A stretch of 64,000 nt of DNA, from the NCBI GenBank assembly GCA_964016885.1, contig OZ024742.1:324446001-324510000 (forward strand), written 5' to 3'. A program made the position numbers and the translations under genes. This stretch comes from Eledone cirrhosa. Taxonomy: Eukaryota. How positions within the stretch are numbered: the first letter of the stretch is position 1; every line of letters begins with the position of its first letter. Positions 30,708-44,891 of the stretch are shown here, piece by piece. The notes beneath the pieces were generated by a model that was not told the origin of the DNA, did not search any database, and saw only the letters and a list, made by a program, of their open reading frames with translations.

Positions 30708-31367
30708 TATTTCATTTTAGTTTTCGATAGAGTTTTCTTTTTGAATTTGTGCATCATTTAAACACATTATACTTTAAATAATTGTTTTAAAAATCGAAAC
30801 AACAGCTTTGGGATTTACTGATCGTAGTGCCTACTTTGTTATTGCAAGTTTGAAAGTATGAGTATTAATACACTTATCACATGACTCATTAGGAAGAGAT
30901 AACTTAATATGTAACTCAACAGATGTAATGTTGTAACAGTTTATATCTCGTTCGGCAACAATAACGGAGTCGAAGAAATAATAAAGTTCTAGAGTGAATG
31001 ACATTCAGCTTTTCGCTATTCTCTTGATATTAACTTTAATAAAAGATGCAAAACTATTACAATGATTTCTGTATATCATAAACATGTCATTAACATATTA
31101 ATTACTGCATGCTGTTTATTCATTTGCACATAATTAGGTATATATTAATTTTTTTATTTGTTGAAGGCGGTACAGCTGATAGGCTGCTATTTATTTTCAA
31201 TATAGAAATAATAAAAAAGAAGGAAAGAAAGAATATAGAAAAAATAAGGAAACAAAAGTGGAGAGAAAGAAAGAAGAAAAAGATCGGAAAGAGGAGGAGA
31301 TGGCAAGAGCTTTGGTGTCGCAGAAGAGTGAGGAGAGGTGAAGGGGGAGGGTGATTGGGCTTTGGGC

Positions 31368-31470
31368 CTAGGGTAAAACGGCATAAGTGCTGCGCCCCGC
31401 TGACAAGACGGCAAAAACATTTCCCCGGACGATGGCCAGTGACACCCGGAAGCTCTTCGATCTGTCGGGG
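31368..31470 (-). mobile_element. Probable 3' end of a CRE-like (REL endonuclease) non-LTR element
   Basis: FRVSLAIVRGNVFAVLSAG matches the C-terminal R.S.A..RGN..VL motif of CRE-type elements. Confidence 0.5.
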
Positions 31471-32950
31471 GATAAACATTTCTGGAAAAATATATAATCA
31501 TATATGAACACGATAATATTTGGATGATCTCTGTAGGATACAGCATGACTAGGAATAGATGACACATGTAACCTGCGAAAGTTAAAATGACGTTTTCCTC
31601 AGTGTTCTCGAACTATCTAATGTAACTTTCTGAATTATTCACAACATAGCACTCATTCTTTTACGATTTGAATTGAATAACTCTCCAAGAACATTTGACC
31701 TTTTGATTCTGATATTTCATCTAATAGAGGTAGATAAAAGAGGCATCTATCATGTACTAGGTGTTGATATAATCAAGTGCCACTTTACCCTAAATAGAAT
31801 ATACCAGAACTGGGGATATAACGCACTCATAGCCGACCATTTGCTGTGATTGATTAAATAAACAATGTTTTTTGCTAAAAACTTGTTTTAATGTTGGAAA
31901 ATATTTTTAGCTTAATGCTTCTTCGACATAGCTCCTGTGCCAACAAGGCAGCATCTATGTGGCCTTTCATCTTGCTAAAACTAGCAGCCACATTTCATCA
32001 AACCACATGCTACTCTCATAAAAAGGTGAAGAACATTGCATAATGCAATTATAGATGCCCATCTCCCAAAGAAATTAACCGTGAAAGTCACGGCTGGAAT
32101 ATTTTTGATCATATATCTGCTCAATCACTTTTCATCTGGGGTTAAACAACAGCATAACGAGGGTCTCTTTAATATGCATGGATTTCACAGGTTAACATGA
32201 ACTAGAAACATTTAGGAAGGGTTACCCTAATCACACATAGTCTTTATAGATATAGTAATGCACGGTAGGAAACCGTGATATTTGGTATTTATCTCGTATA
32301 TCCTTTACTCATCCAAACCTGGTACTATTTCTCAAATTTAAATCAATACATTAACAAATCTTTGGCAATTTATTTCTTGTTGTTCAGCCCAGGTTCAGCT
32401 ATCGTCTAGTAGACCTATGGCTAAAACATTCCTGAAATAATCATCTCGACTTTTATTATTTCACTCAGATACATTATATTCAGTCTAACGTTGTTGTCAA
32501 ATGTCTTGCATTCTTTTTAAAGACGGTATAGTGTGGTTGCAGGAAGATTTGGCCTCTATTCCTAACATGCTTCTACGCGTTATTTATTAATAATTAAATA
32601 GAGAAACGACAGTAGTACATGTTAGTTTTGATTTGTGACTATTTTATGACTGAATTATATGGGATATTTTCTGAGCAAAGTGCATTTTGTTTAAAGTTCC
32701 TTGTGTGTAGAGAGATGAAAATTGTTATGTATGAGTTTAAAAACATCCAGAATGTTTATATTGTGTTGTAAATGCGTGTCAACTGAGAATAAATAATAAC
32801 AACAGAAAATATTATAAGATAAAGGTCTCTTGAAAAATGTTTAAATGAGTTCCTAACAAATTATTTTGTAATTCATAAATGAGGAAACATTCCTATAGAA
32901 TGTATGAACCAATATGTCAATGTAGGTATTCAGATAGATTGACTTTTAAT

Positions 32951-33042
<92 letters not shown>

Positions 33043-33605
33043 TTGTGTGTGCTTGTGTGCATGTATGCGTGTATATTTATATATGTATGTACACATGCAT
33101 ATATAGTTGTGTATATCGATGTCTATTTGTCTGTTTCTAAACTCTCCATATACACATGCACACACACAAACACACACAGATGAATGCACACACTTGCACA
33201 CATTCACATATATATAAAAAGCACGCAAAAGTTGTTGAGCTTCTAACAGTAATTCTTTCCATTTATCATTTTACTAGTTATCAGAAATAATGGTGGAGGA
33301 GACTACGTGTGAGGCACCATAACCGTCTTGTCATGTAACTTCGGTTTGAGAAATTGTTTAGATGCTTAACGTCAGTTTAGCTCCAGGATAAAATGACAAC
33401 TGTTTCGTATAGAATGCAGCTTTCATCACAAGGCAACCAAAAAATATCGCATTCCTTTGCATGAAATTAGTACTGTGTAAACATCCTAACGGTGGTTAAA
33501 CAATAGAATAATTCAGCCCATGTAGTATTCATTTATCTAAGCATTTTGTTTGATTTTCCAATGTCAAACCATTGTTGAATGGAGCCTCGCATGTGTCAGT
33601 GTAAA

Positions 33606-34640
33606 TAATTGTTTCTACTTTAGGCACAAGGCCAGCAATTACCCAGTGCATTACTGGTACTTTATTTTATCGACCCCGTAAGGATGAAAGGAAAAGTCAA
33701 CCTCGGCGGGATTTGAACTCAGATCGTAAAGGGACGTAACTATGCTGGAAAGCATGGCGTCCGACCCTCTACCGATACTGCCAATCCACCAATGGTTTCT
33801 ATTTTGCTCTGAAGCTAGCAATTTTTCAAGGAAGGGAAGGTCGATTATATTAACCCTAGTATCTGACCAGTAGTTTATTTTATCGACCTAAGAAGTGGGG
33901 ATGGCAAATTTGACCTCACCAGAATTTGAATTCAGAACGCAAAGATTTAGTCGAGATCTCAACATTATTTACCTTACTCGCCCATGATTCATCTTATTCA
34001 GTCCTTGGTTTTAATTGTAATGAATGAGATAATGCCCTATAGTCAGCTTAAATAATGGTTTCTAATTTAGGCACAATGCCAGCAATTTTTGAGGATTGGA
34101 AAGTCAATTAAATCAACCCCAGTGTGTTACTGGTACTTCATTTTATCGACTCCGCAAGGTTAAAAGGTAACACTAACCTCGGCGGGATTTGAACTCAGAA
34201 TGGAAAGGGCCATTATTCTATGCCACTAAGCATGTTGTCCAACGCTCTACAACAGTAAGATAAAATAATTGTTTCTACTTTTGGCACAAGGCCAGCAATT
34301 ACCCAGTACATTACTGGTACTTTATTTTATCGATCTCGTAAGGATGAAAGGCAAAGTTAACCTCGGCGGGATTTGAACTCAGATCATAAAGGGAGGTAAC
34401 TCTATGCTTCAAAACATGGCGCCCGACTCTCTACCGATACTGTCAATCCACCGACAGTAAGATAAAATAATTGTTTCTACTTTTGTTTCTACAATTACCC
34501 AGTGTATTACTGGTAGTTTATTTTATCGACCTCATAAGGATGAAAGGCAAAGTTAACCTCGGGGGGATTTGAACTCAGAATGGCAAGGGCCGTAACTCTA
34601 TGCGTCGAAGCATGGCGTCCGACCCTCTACCGATACTGAC
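33606..34640 (-). mobile_element. Cluster of five same-orientation Meta-like SINE copies, partly nested
   Basis: Copies at about 33606-33790, 33790-34005, 34052-34250, 34268-34453 and 34470-34640; ACAGTAAGATAAAATAAT duplicated at 34252 and 34454. Confidence 0.9.
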
Positions 34641-34644
34641 ATAA

Positions 34645-34870
34645 TGGCCCCTAATTCGTCATTGTGAATCGCAGAAGATTTCATCTTGAAGGCTTTTTCA
34701 TCTTTAAGGCTCTTTTCTCCAATACGAAATTTTGGTAAGCAATGTTCAGTTATTCGTTCGTTAACGGCTTCCTGACCAAATGGTTTGATAATATTTCTGG
34801 AAGTTTCTGCTGTTTTCCATTCCATTGTGAACATATAGGATAAACTTTGCTTTTTTGACATCTTTAATTT
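34645..34870 (-). mobile_element. Mariner transposase N-terminal HTH remnant
   Basis: KTAETSRNIIKPFGQEAVNERIT....KFRIGEKSLKDE resembles the Mos1/Hsmar1 HTH (AETARNI..AFG....ERT...WF.KF..GD.SLEDE). Confidence 0.75.
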
Positions 34871-36043
34871 GCAGCCTAAAATAAATGGGAATAAACAGTT
34901 TGAGCAAAAATTAATTGACCAAAGTCTGCGATTTAAAACCGTATTTTACATGAATATAATTATCAGGCTAGTCCAAAATAAGCACCAAACTATAAAAATA
35001 AACCGCAATCATATTTCTACTAGCCTACACTTTCATTCATTTATTAGTTCCCATCATTAGATTGCGGCTATGTTGGGAGTAGGCAATATTATTTTAAATA
35101 ACTAACAAGGAAAATTTATTCTGAATCTATATATATTTGTAATTCAGCTTTTGTCTACCGAGACGTTTTCAAACGCTGAAAAATAACATAGAAAGTGTTT
35201 ATGTATATAAACAGAAAAATGAGGGTAGCAAATGTTACACTTGAGTAATATGGAGCAAAATAAGGATCATATATTAGAGAATTAAAAACAAATTATGGTT
35301 TGAATAAATTAACATAAATGTATATGAAACAATAATTTGAAAACAAAAAGACTTACTTTCTGTTATCAAATGAATAATTTACTAGATTAAGTTTATTAAG
35401 CTTCTGAGGGAAGGGAATTAATTAGGCTGCTTTGTAGTTTATCTTCATAAAGTTTGTAGACAGAATATTAAAATAAATTTCATAATATTAGTATAATTAG
35501 CTGTAAAAACGGATGGGGGGGAGATGACAATTAGGAGTGAAGAGTGGCGAAAAAATGAATAAAATAAAATAATTATGATATCAGTAGAATCAATAATTAT
35601 GTAGTTTGTAAATATATTCTGATTAATTAACCTATATTAACGGTGTGAGTAAAATTACCCCAGTGACATACTTTTTAGACACTAGAATTCGGAGTTTCTT
35701 GATATACTGTCTACGTATAAAAAAAATGTCTGTCAATTATCAAGGATGAGAACGGTTTCTAATGAAGTAAGCTGAATTTAAGCATAAATACGAGGTGGAA
35801 TTAATACTCTAAGTTGATATTTTGTTTTGAGAAGTACATATGTAAAAGTATTATGTGAAGAAAAATAATAAAAATAAATAAAATTAGAACAGGAAAGGAA
35901 TTACGCGGAAAAAATTAGGAATATATAAAGGAATGAAGTCATATATTTAAAGGAAAGCATCATATATACATACAGATATCAATGAAATACAAGAATAAGG
36001 AAATATATAAAAAGATGGTAAATAAATTTAGTTATTACAGTTT

Positions 36044-36235
36044 CAGACCTGCCAACATCTAAAAATCCAAACTGGGAGTATCATGAAAACAAGTGCCCCA
36101 AAACGGAGAGAAATGAAGCAAAATGGGCACATTTTACATAATGAAAGCTATATCCATTTTCACAAGAGAAGACATCTCTCACCCACCCCAAAGTGGGTTG
36201 GAGATCTCCCCGAACGGGGAGAGTTGACAGGCCTG
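36044..36235. mobile_element. ~190-bp MITE (hAT-like CAGACCTGCCAAC TIR), copy 1
   Basis: CAGACCTGCCAAC...GTTGACAGGCCTG; inverted homolog at 47661-47856. No clear TSD. Confidence 0.75.
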
Positions 36236-36592
36236 CAATTTGATGTGTACATAAATGGAGAAAAAAAAGTGGGTTTGAAATTTACTCTAGAGGCAATGTA
36301 AGTTCTCAGAGTCGCGTAGTGGTGAGAGACTAACGATTCTAAAGTTGGGAGCTCCACCCCCGGACTGGGAAGCGTGCTATGTCTTCTAGCAAGACAAGCT
36401 TATTTCACGTTGTGCCAGTCCATTCAGTTGGTAAATATAAATTGCGATGATACTGGTACCAAGCTCTATCGGATATTGTTTTTCCCTCCATAACATAGGT
36501 TCTGTGCAGGGGGCAGATCGGAATGCATGGGTGAATACTGGTCTTGCATAAAACCTTTCTCTGATTTTTGCATCGGTGAGGCAAACTTATAG

Positions 36593-36694
<102 letters not shown>

Positions 36695-36718
36695 GTATAT
36701 AAATGAGTATATATGTAA

Positions 36719-36769
<51 letters not shown>

Positions 36770-36770
36770 T

Positions 36771-36946
36771 ATAGGAAAATGTTTAACCTTGACGGCAGAG
36801 CTCAAGCCGTTTCGACGGCTATATCTGGACTGTAAATCTAGATGAACAAAAAACTAACCATTCAATAATCCATGACGTAAATCTAGATGGACAAAATGTA
36901 CTCTGGTGCGTTATGGTCCATCTGGTTCCTTACCACACTTCCTTTG

Positions 36947-36948
<2 letters not shown>
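36771..36948. mobile_element. Family C relative: inverted half-hammerhead segment plus sense tail, between (TA)n tracts
   Basis: GACGGCAGAGCTCAAGCCGTTTCGACGGCTA and GGTGCGTTATGGTCCA.CTGGTTCCT.ACCACA shared with 18178-18378. Confidence 0.75.
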
Positions 36949-36995
<47 letters not shown>

Positions 36996-37340
36996 TGATC
37001 TATATATGTCTCTCCATCTACATGTATGTATGTATGTATGTATGTATGTATGTATGTATGTATGTATGTATGTATGTATGTGTGTATGTATGTATGATAG
37101 TGACTATGTCTATTTGGATTTATTTATACATACATTTCTACCCATACAAAGATATGAACACATATATTAACATATATAATATATTTATTTCACTGTACAC
37201 TCAACAGGGAGGGCTTTTGTTATTTAATCTCGTAATTTTCCCTTAGAAACAAGTTTCATTTCATCAAATTTCTTACATAATTTATTGGTTTATTATATCT
37301 ATCTATCTATCCATCTACCTATCTATCTATCTATCCATCC

Positions 37341-37399
<59 letters not shown>

Positions 37400-37408
37400 C
37401 ATCTATCC

Positions 37409-37447
<39 letters not shown>

Positions 37448-37495
37448 CCCTCTTCTGTATGTATGTACCCATGCATGTATGTATGTAGTTTATAC

Positions 37496-37542
<47 letters not shown>

Positions 37543-37715
37543 GAGAGAAATGTATAGTCATATATATGCATACATATGTAATTCGAGAGACATACATGTA
37601 CCTCTCTACATATATGTGAGTGTGTTTATGCATTTGTGTACGTGTACTTATATATTTTGTATGTATACAAATATCTACAGATACACACTGAGATATATAT
37701 GTATGTATATATATG

Positions 37716-37798
<83 letters not shown>

Positions 37799-39516
37799 CA
37801 TACATATATATATATATATAGAGAGAGAGAGAAATTAAGCGTAAAAGAAAGAGAGTGAGGCAGAGACGGGCGGAGAAAGAAATAAGAACTATGTGTATGC
37901 TGTGTATACGTGTGAGCAATATAGTATTACATTGTATATATTATCTTTGAATATCAAATTCTTGCAAAGGAGAATCGAACGTAGTAAACACCCAACACCA
38001 ACAACCAACACCCAACACCCAGCAACCAATAACCAACAACCAACAACGAATAATTAAACTGTAAACTAGAATTCCATTACAGTCTGGTGATATAAACGGA
38101 ATGGTCTGAAGAGTTTCCTTCAAAACCATTCGTCGCGAATGGAATCAACAGTCATGTGATCTTCAAAAATAGATATTCCCCACAGAAACGCGTGCTATAA
38201 TCGACATTTGCTTCCATTTATAGCAGACACTTGTCTTTATATAGATCCGTTGTTCAGAGAATATACTTTAACTTTTTAGTATTTTCGTTTCCGATCGACT
38301 AATATCTATCCATTGAGAGAGCATGATTCACTTGAGTTAGTAAATAAAGTAATAGATCGAATGTTAAACAAGTTCGCTTCGCAATTATAAGTTTCCAGGT
38401 TCGACCCCACTACATATAATCTCGAGAAAATGTTATTTACTCTAACCTATGTTCGAGGCGAACCAGATGAGTAAAATTGTGTAGACGAAAAGTGTTTGGA
38501 AACCCGTCGGATGGAATGTACTTGAAATTGAAAGAGTTAACCTTGCTACTAAATATGTATCTTTGAGGTTTACATAAGTGATCATGTATCTGTTGAATAC
38601 TCAACCACTTGGACGTTAATTCTGAAGCAGGTTGTTCCGTTCATAGAACAACTGCAACGCTCATCGTCGAAACCGCCGTAGATGCATTCCATTACATCGG
38701 ACCGATGTACTGAGAGGTAGATATAATGGTTTATGTTACCAGTACTCTGCAACCGTGGCTGCCAGATTGCTATGCTAACTTCGTAGTTGCAGGTTCCCAG
38801 GTTTCAACATCCAATACGTTGCATCTGTTTAGTTAGAGGGTATGATTCAGTTATGTCTGTAGATGAAGTATTGGAGTGAAACACACGCTGAGGTGTTGGT
38901 AGAGAATATTATGTAGCTGCTACACTACAGGTGCCACCATGAGTATTTATGGGGTTCCCGGTGGGGACGTACTCTGCAGTATCTTAGTTACGTGTCTTGT
39001 ACAATAACCTATGATGGATCCTGTGTTATGACACGTTGTATTGAAGGAAACCGAGCTGAAGCTCGTCAAATAGAATGGGAGTATTCCGTTAAACACACTC
39101 AATGTTAGGTGGAAGTGTTGAACAGGATGAGAGATTAACTGAACCAGCTAAGTGGGCATCGGCTTGATTTGAACTCAGAACGCAAACAGCAAGAACAGAT
39201 ATCATAAAGCACTACCTTAGATGCTTTTACCAGTGCAGCACTATAGATGGGTACTTAACTTTTCAATCCCGGAAGGATGAAAAGCAAAGTTTATTTCAGT
39301 GGGATTAGAAATCAGAATACAAAGCATATTTTGTTCGACGCTCTAATGACTGCCAAATAACTGGAGTAATTCTTCGTTCGTGTGAATAACTTGGTGAGAC
39401 TCTATAAGGTTGACTTTTCTCTCGAAATATAACAGCATAAAAACAATCTCTGATAATGGTGAATCAACAAAGAGGGTATTAAAGGACCTTTTCTTACTCT
39501 TTCATATGTGGACGTG

Positions 39517-39802
39517 AAGGCATGTGGCCTAGTGGAAAGGTTTTGGACTTACAATCATGAGGCCATGGGTTCGATTCCTGGACTGGGTTGTGTGTTGTGT
39601 TCTTGAACAAAACATTTCATTTCACGTTTCTCCCGTATACTCAGCTAGAAATGAGTATCAGCAATATCTAGAGGTTTAATTCTGCAATGGACTGGCGTCC
39701 TATCCAAGGAGGAGTCTTGTATTGTACTCTCAATCGCTTCACGCCACGAAAACCGGGATAGGCACCGGCCTGATGAGCTACCGGGCTCGAGGCAAATTTT
39801 AG
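39517..39802 (+). mobile_element. tRNA-derived SINE of a second family (V/CORE-like central domain)
   Basis: A box TGGCCTAGTGG, B box GGTTCGATTCC, GTGTTGTGTTCTTGAACAAAACA, ATGGACTGGCGTCCTATCCA. Confidence 0.8.
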
Positions 39803-41049
39803 ACATATACGTGGATCAATACTATGTAACTGGACAGTAGAATAGGTAGAGCATCGGTCAATACACACTTTGGTATTTAGTTAGGTCCATTTTATTTCCT
39901 CTAAAATATGACGAAAAAAAAAAGCAATCGGAAAAACAAATTAAACTAAATATTTTTTTAATACCTGTCAGTTTATATGTTTATTTAAGTGTGTCTCAAT
40001 AAAACCATTGTGAAATCACTGTTTCTGCGTCTGTGTGTACCTTTGTGTAATTCGTGTAAGTGATTATACAATGTCATAAAGCTTATAAGTATGTTTATCC
40101 AGACAGAATTATTTGCTTGGATATTTGTGTTTAATTAAAAGGTAGTTGCTATATAAATTGATTTGTAGATGTCATGGAAGTTTATTGTTTTTTTGTCTCT
40201 TCTAAACAAATATATAAGTCAGTTGAAATTAATTTCATTGATAGAACTAAGTATGTATACATCGGTCTACGTCCAAATAACTTTACATTGTAACAATAGA
40301 GACCGCTCACATCTTTATTTGAGATCATTTCCTTTCTTCATATCACGTCCAAGAGACTGTAAAAACTTCATTATACAAGAGATTGATAATATTATTTGTT
40401 CTTTTTTATTTAGTAACGAGCTAGCTATGATCCAGCAGAAATATAGAAATATAGACAAAGGTACTGAAGTAGTGAACGACTCTTCTTTTTGAATACGTTA
40501 TGTATTTAGAAATACTTAGTACAATACGTCTTTCAAAAGAGCATGGAGGAATTTGAGGGAGACTTAGCTGTTATTTCAAGTGACAGGATATAGAAAAATT
40601 CCACGTTGGTTCTTAGATAACTAAGTGTAGAAAAGAACGTGTTGAATACGTATAGTTATTTGGGAGAGTAATAAAGTTCTCGCGTGTAATAACACTGTAT
40701 CGTTAATGATACAACCCATTAATGTAAAACGAATTTAGATTTACGTAATTTTATGAAGTAACCAATTCGCATCAGTGTGTAAGAGTAAGTCTTACTCTTC
40801 AGATTTCTACCTAAGTAAGTTGATCTTAATGGAACATTTTTCTCCACCACTAGAGAATCTGTGCTATTGTACAGGTTCATGGCTTAGATACTTGCAAAAC
40901 AGCTAAAGGCTAGCTAGATCGCGCTTAAGCTCACACGTTAACCTCAGCGGGATTTGAACTCAGACCGCAAAGATTTAGTCGGAATTTAAGAATTCCTACC
41001 TTAATCGTCCACGTTTCATCTTATTCAGTCGTCTATTCTAATTTAGATA

Positions 41050-41232
41050 ATTGTTTCTACTATTGGCACAAGGCCAGAAATTGCCCAGTACATTACTGGT
41101 ACTTTATTTTATCGACCTCGTAAGGATGAAAGGCAAAGTTAACCTCGGCGGGATTTGAACTCAGAATGGAAAGGGCCGTAACTCTATGCGTCAAAGCATG
41201 GCGTCCGAACCTCTACCGATACTGCCAATCCA
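41050..41232 (-). mobile_element. Meta-like SINE, short variant, with TSD
   Basis: ATTCTAATTTAGATAAT on both sides. Confidence 0.92.
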
Positions 41233-41284
41233 TTCTAATTTAGATAATGTTTTATATTTAATTTTAATAAAGACCTCCAATACA

Positions 41285-41428
41285 TCATCGTCAATTGCAT
41301 GATTCATCTTTTAATTTTTTTCATATTTAAGACTCTTACAAAATGTTAATGAACATATTCAGCGTTAAGTCTGTTGACGACTCCCTAGCCAAAATGGGTT
41401 TGATGATATTTCGAGGAGTTTCCGTGGA
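41285..41428 (-). mobile_element. Second mariner N-terminal remnant
   Basis: DNA similarity to 34655-34810 (TTCAT.TTTAAG.CTCTT..CCAAA.TGG.TTTGAT.ATATTTC..GAGTTTC). Confidence 0.5.
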
Positions 41429-42042
41429 AAGAGCATTCAACAAAACAAAGATTTTACGGTAAAAATTCTGCAATCATTGATGTTATTAGAGGGAGACGCA
41501 TGCGCTTTGCTGAAGCGTACTGCTTCAGAGCTATAGGAACTCATCAATGACATACGTCTATGAATACACCAAAACATGGTTCTACATGGTTCGGCCGTCT
41601 AGCATAAAATGTTTCGTCCAGCTTTTTACTGTCATGGTATGCTACTCTACAAATTTCCTGAACATGATGTCGGGTCAATATGGGTTGCGTTATCGAGTCA
41701 AACAAATCCAAACAAGCTCGACCAGAAACCAGTTATCGATGAGAAGATTGTTTATTCAAGTTCAAGTTCAAGTAAAGATATTGGGAAAGTGTGAACACGT
41801 CAAACAAAATCAATATCTAACTAGTTTGTGATGTTTAGACTCTCTCTCTCACACGCACATGCACCCCCCCAACACCAACATACACACCCACACATATATA
41901 TATATATATATATATGTATATAAATTAATCTTTTGAAGTATTCATGACAAAATGTATATATATAGTGAGGTGTGTGGATTTTCACGTGTCTATTTCATAG
42001 GATATAATTACATTCAAGGCTATACATATACATACAAATATA

Positions 42043-42084
<42 letters not shown>

Positions 42085-42125
42085 CAACCATTGTATATAT
42101 ATGTATATATATATGTATATATATT

Positions 42126-42177
<52 letters not shown>

Positions 42178-42304
42178 CATAAATATATATACATATATAT
42201 ATACATATATATATACATTGTTTGTATATGTATATATATATATGTATATATGTATATATGTATATGTATATCTATATATGTATATATATGTCTATCCCTC
42301 TCTC

Positions 42305-42383
<79 letters not shown>

Positions 42384-42513
42384 TAGTTAAGCAAAACAAG
42401 ACGACCACAAATTTCACAAGGAAGACATTATTAAAAGATTGTCAACATATTTTAGTTTGATGTAAGGAATGTAGAGAATAATAATAATAATAATATTAAT
42501 AATAATAATGTCC

Positions 42514-42633
42514 GTTTACAATTGTTTCGCTACTCCATATAATATTTCTGGATCAGATGACTATATATCATAATTGATCTGGTTCAGTTGAAAATAATTA
42601 ACATATTTAAAAGACAGAGCGGCTCATCAGAAC
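42514..42633 (-). ncRNA. Type I hammerhead with ~95-nt stem II domain (family E, intact core)
   Basis: GTT CTGATGA GCCGCTC ... GAGTAGC GAAA CAATTG TA AAC; the plus copy at 44243-44362 has CCGATGA and CAATTA substitutions. Confidence 0.7.
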
Positions 42634-43216
42634 TTCAAAGGAATATAAATTAAAATAATGAGAGAATGTTACATAATATAATGTTCCATATATTGGTTTT
42701 TCACTATGGTGTCTTGGTTGCATCAGTTGTCAGCCATAATCAAGCAGTATTCATCTGTCGAGGCTGCATTGTGTGAGATCTGCCTATGGGTAACAAGATG
42801 GCTGCCAAAGGACATATTTACCTTACTAATTAGAGGGTGGTTTCAGGGGAAGTAACTCCTCGAGAGATTAGAAATTGTGGGTATTTATAGTTAAGTGCTA
42901 ATTTTTAAATATTTTAATTGAGAGACAATGTAGGGGAGGTAACTTATAATTATATAAGTTGCTCATAGCTATTTAACTTATTAGCTACAAGTAAAAATGG
43001 GACTAGATGACTAAGTTGGGTCAAATATTCTATTGGCGAAGGAATTAGCCCTTCGATGTTGACAGCCAATAGTTACCTTCGTTCTATCGTTAATCGGTAG
43101 AGGTCGTGATAGAGTTATGTAATATGCTTGTGTAATACATAGATCACAAGATTTTCTTCGTCCATTGAACGGTTGGGCCCTAGCCACGATATCCCATTTT
43201 AGTGAGTGTTGAACGT

Positions 43217-43865
43217 GCTCCCCACACCTAACCTAGCTAGCCACATCGCATTCAGTACCCATCATAAACTAAGACAGTATAACTCCCACACCGCGGTACC
43301 ACCACCCCTATCAAATACACCACGCCACTACACCAATAATTACTCTAGTAGCACACCTCCCTCATCTAATCCTTCTAGCACTGACCTTCCGCTTAGGTTA
43401 AACTACCCTACTGTCTCTAACCGCAGAAGAAACTGCAACTGCCGCTACCCCAATGCATGCCTATTAAATGGACACTGCCTGACACCCAACATAGTCTATA
43501 GCTGCACGGTTAACACTGCTTCGAATACCAGCTCTTATATCGGGTCTACCTCTAACCCTTTTAAGGTACGCTATAACGCGCACTCTTTTTCCTTCCGAGA
43601 CCCTAGCAACAGATGTTCGACATCGCTAGCTAGGCTCATTAAAAACCTTAAATTAAACAACGTTCAACATTCACTAAAATGGGATATCGTGGCTAGGGCC
43701 TAACCGTTCAATGGACGAAGAAAATCTTGTGATCTCTGTATTACAGAAGCATATTACATAACTCTATCACGACCTCTACCGATTAACGATAGAATGGAGG
43801 TAACTATTAGCTGTCAACATCGAAGGGCTAATTCCTTCGCCAATAGAATATTTGACCCAACTTAG
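43217..43865 (+). pseudogene. Penelope-type linker plus GIY-YIG endonuclease with one premature stop
   Basis: CNCRYPNACLLNGHCL.PNIVY..SYIGSTSNPFKVRYNAH..WDIVARA*PF..SCDLCITE..INDRME..SCQHR; TAA at 43701 is CAA in the inverted copy. Confidence 0.92.
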
Positions 43866-44675
43866 TCATCTAGCCCCATTTTTACTTGTAGCTAATAAGT
43901 TAAATAGCTATGAACAACTTATATAATTATAAGTTACCTCCCCTACATTGTCTCTCAATTAAAATATTTAAAAATTAGCACTTAACTATAAATACCCACA
44001 ATTTCTAATCTCTCGAGGAGTTACTTCCCCTGAAACCACCCTCTAACTAGTAAGGTAAATATGTCCTTTGGCAGCCATCTTGTTACCCATAGGCAGATCT
44101 CACACAATGCAGCCTGGACAGATGAATACTGCTTGATTATGGCTGACAACTGATGTAACCAAGACACCATAGTGAAAAACCAATATATGGAACATTATAT
44201 TATGTAACATTCTCTCATTATTTTAATTTATATTCCTTTGAAGTTCCGATGAGCCGCTCTGTCTTTTAAATATGTTAATTATTTTCAATTGAACCAGATC
44301 AATTATGATATATAGTCATCTGATCCAGAAATATTATATGGAGTAGCGAAACAATTATAAACGGACATTATTATTATTAATATTATTATTATTATTATTC
44401 TCTACATTCCTTACATCAAACTAAAATATGTTGACAATCTTTTAATAATGTCTTCCTTGTGAAATTTGTGGTCGTCTTCTTTTGCTTAACTAATGAATAT
44501 TTCCAGCTCTGCGCACCTAACTTCTGCATGAACCCAGCCACCTAGCTGCGTTCTACTGCATATTGCACATTGAGCACATGCCTGTACGCTTTGGCTTCTA
44601 ACTAATTCACCAATCTCTCCTCTCATATCTCCTCTCCTATCTCCATCTCTTTCTTTAAGATTGGTTACTCTTGAA

Positions 44676-44891
<216 letters not shown>

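Noticed and set aside
37941-38200. Possible host first exon (62-aa minus-strand ORF)
   Set aside because: No recognisable domain, partly low-complexity, no convincing splice structure.
39745-39792. GAAAACCGG..CCGGC CTGATGAG CTACCGGGCTCG in a SINE tail as a hammerhead
   Set aside because: No GAAA follows the stem after CTGATGA, and I could not assemble a consistent permuted fold with an NUH site.
43701-43703. Programmed readthrough or selenocysteine in the PLE endonuclease
   Set aside because: The stop is TAA, not TGA, and the inverted copy has CAA, so it is a simple mutation.
42381-44495. Inverted repeats as long-read fold-back assembly artefacts
   Set aside because: Arms carry independent substitutions, have unique spacers and tails, and in family K one arm holds a SINE with a TSD. 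The near-perfect 58318 hairpin still merits a read check.
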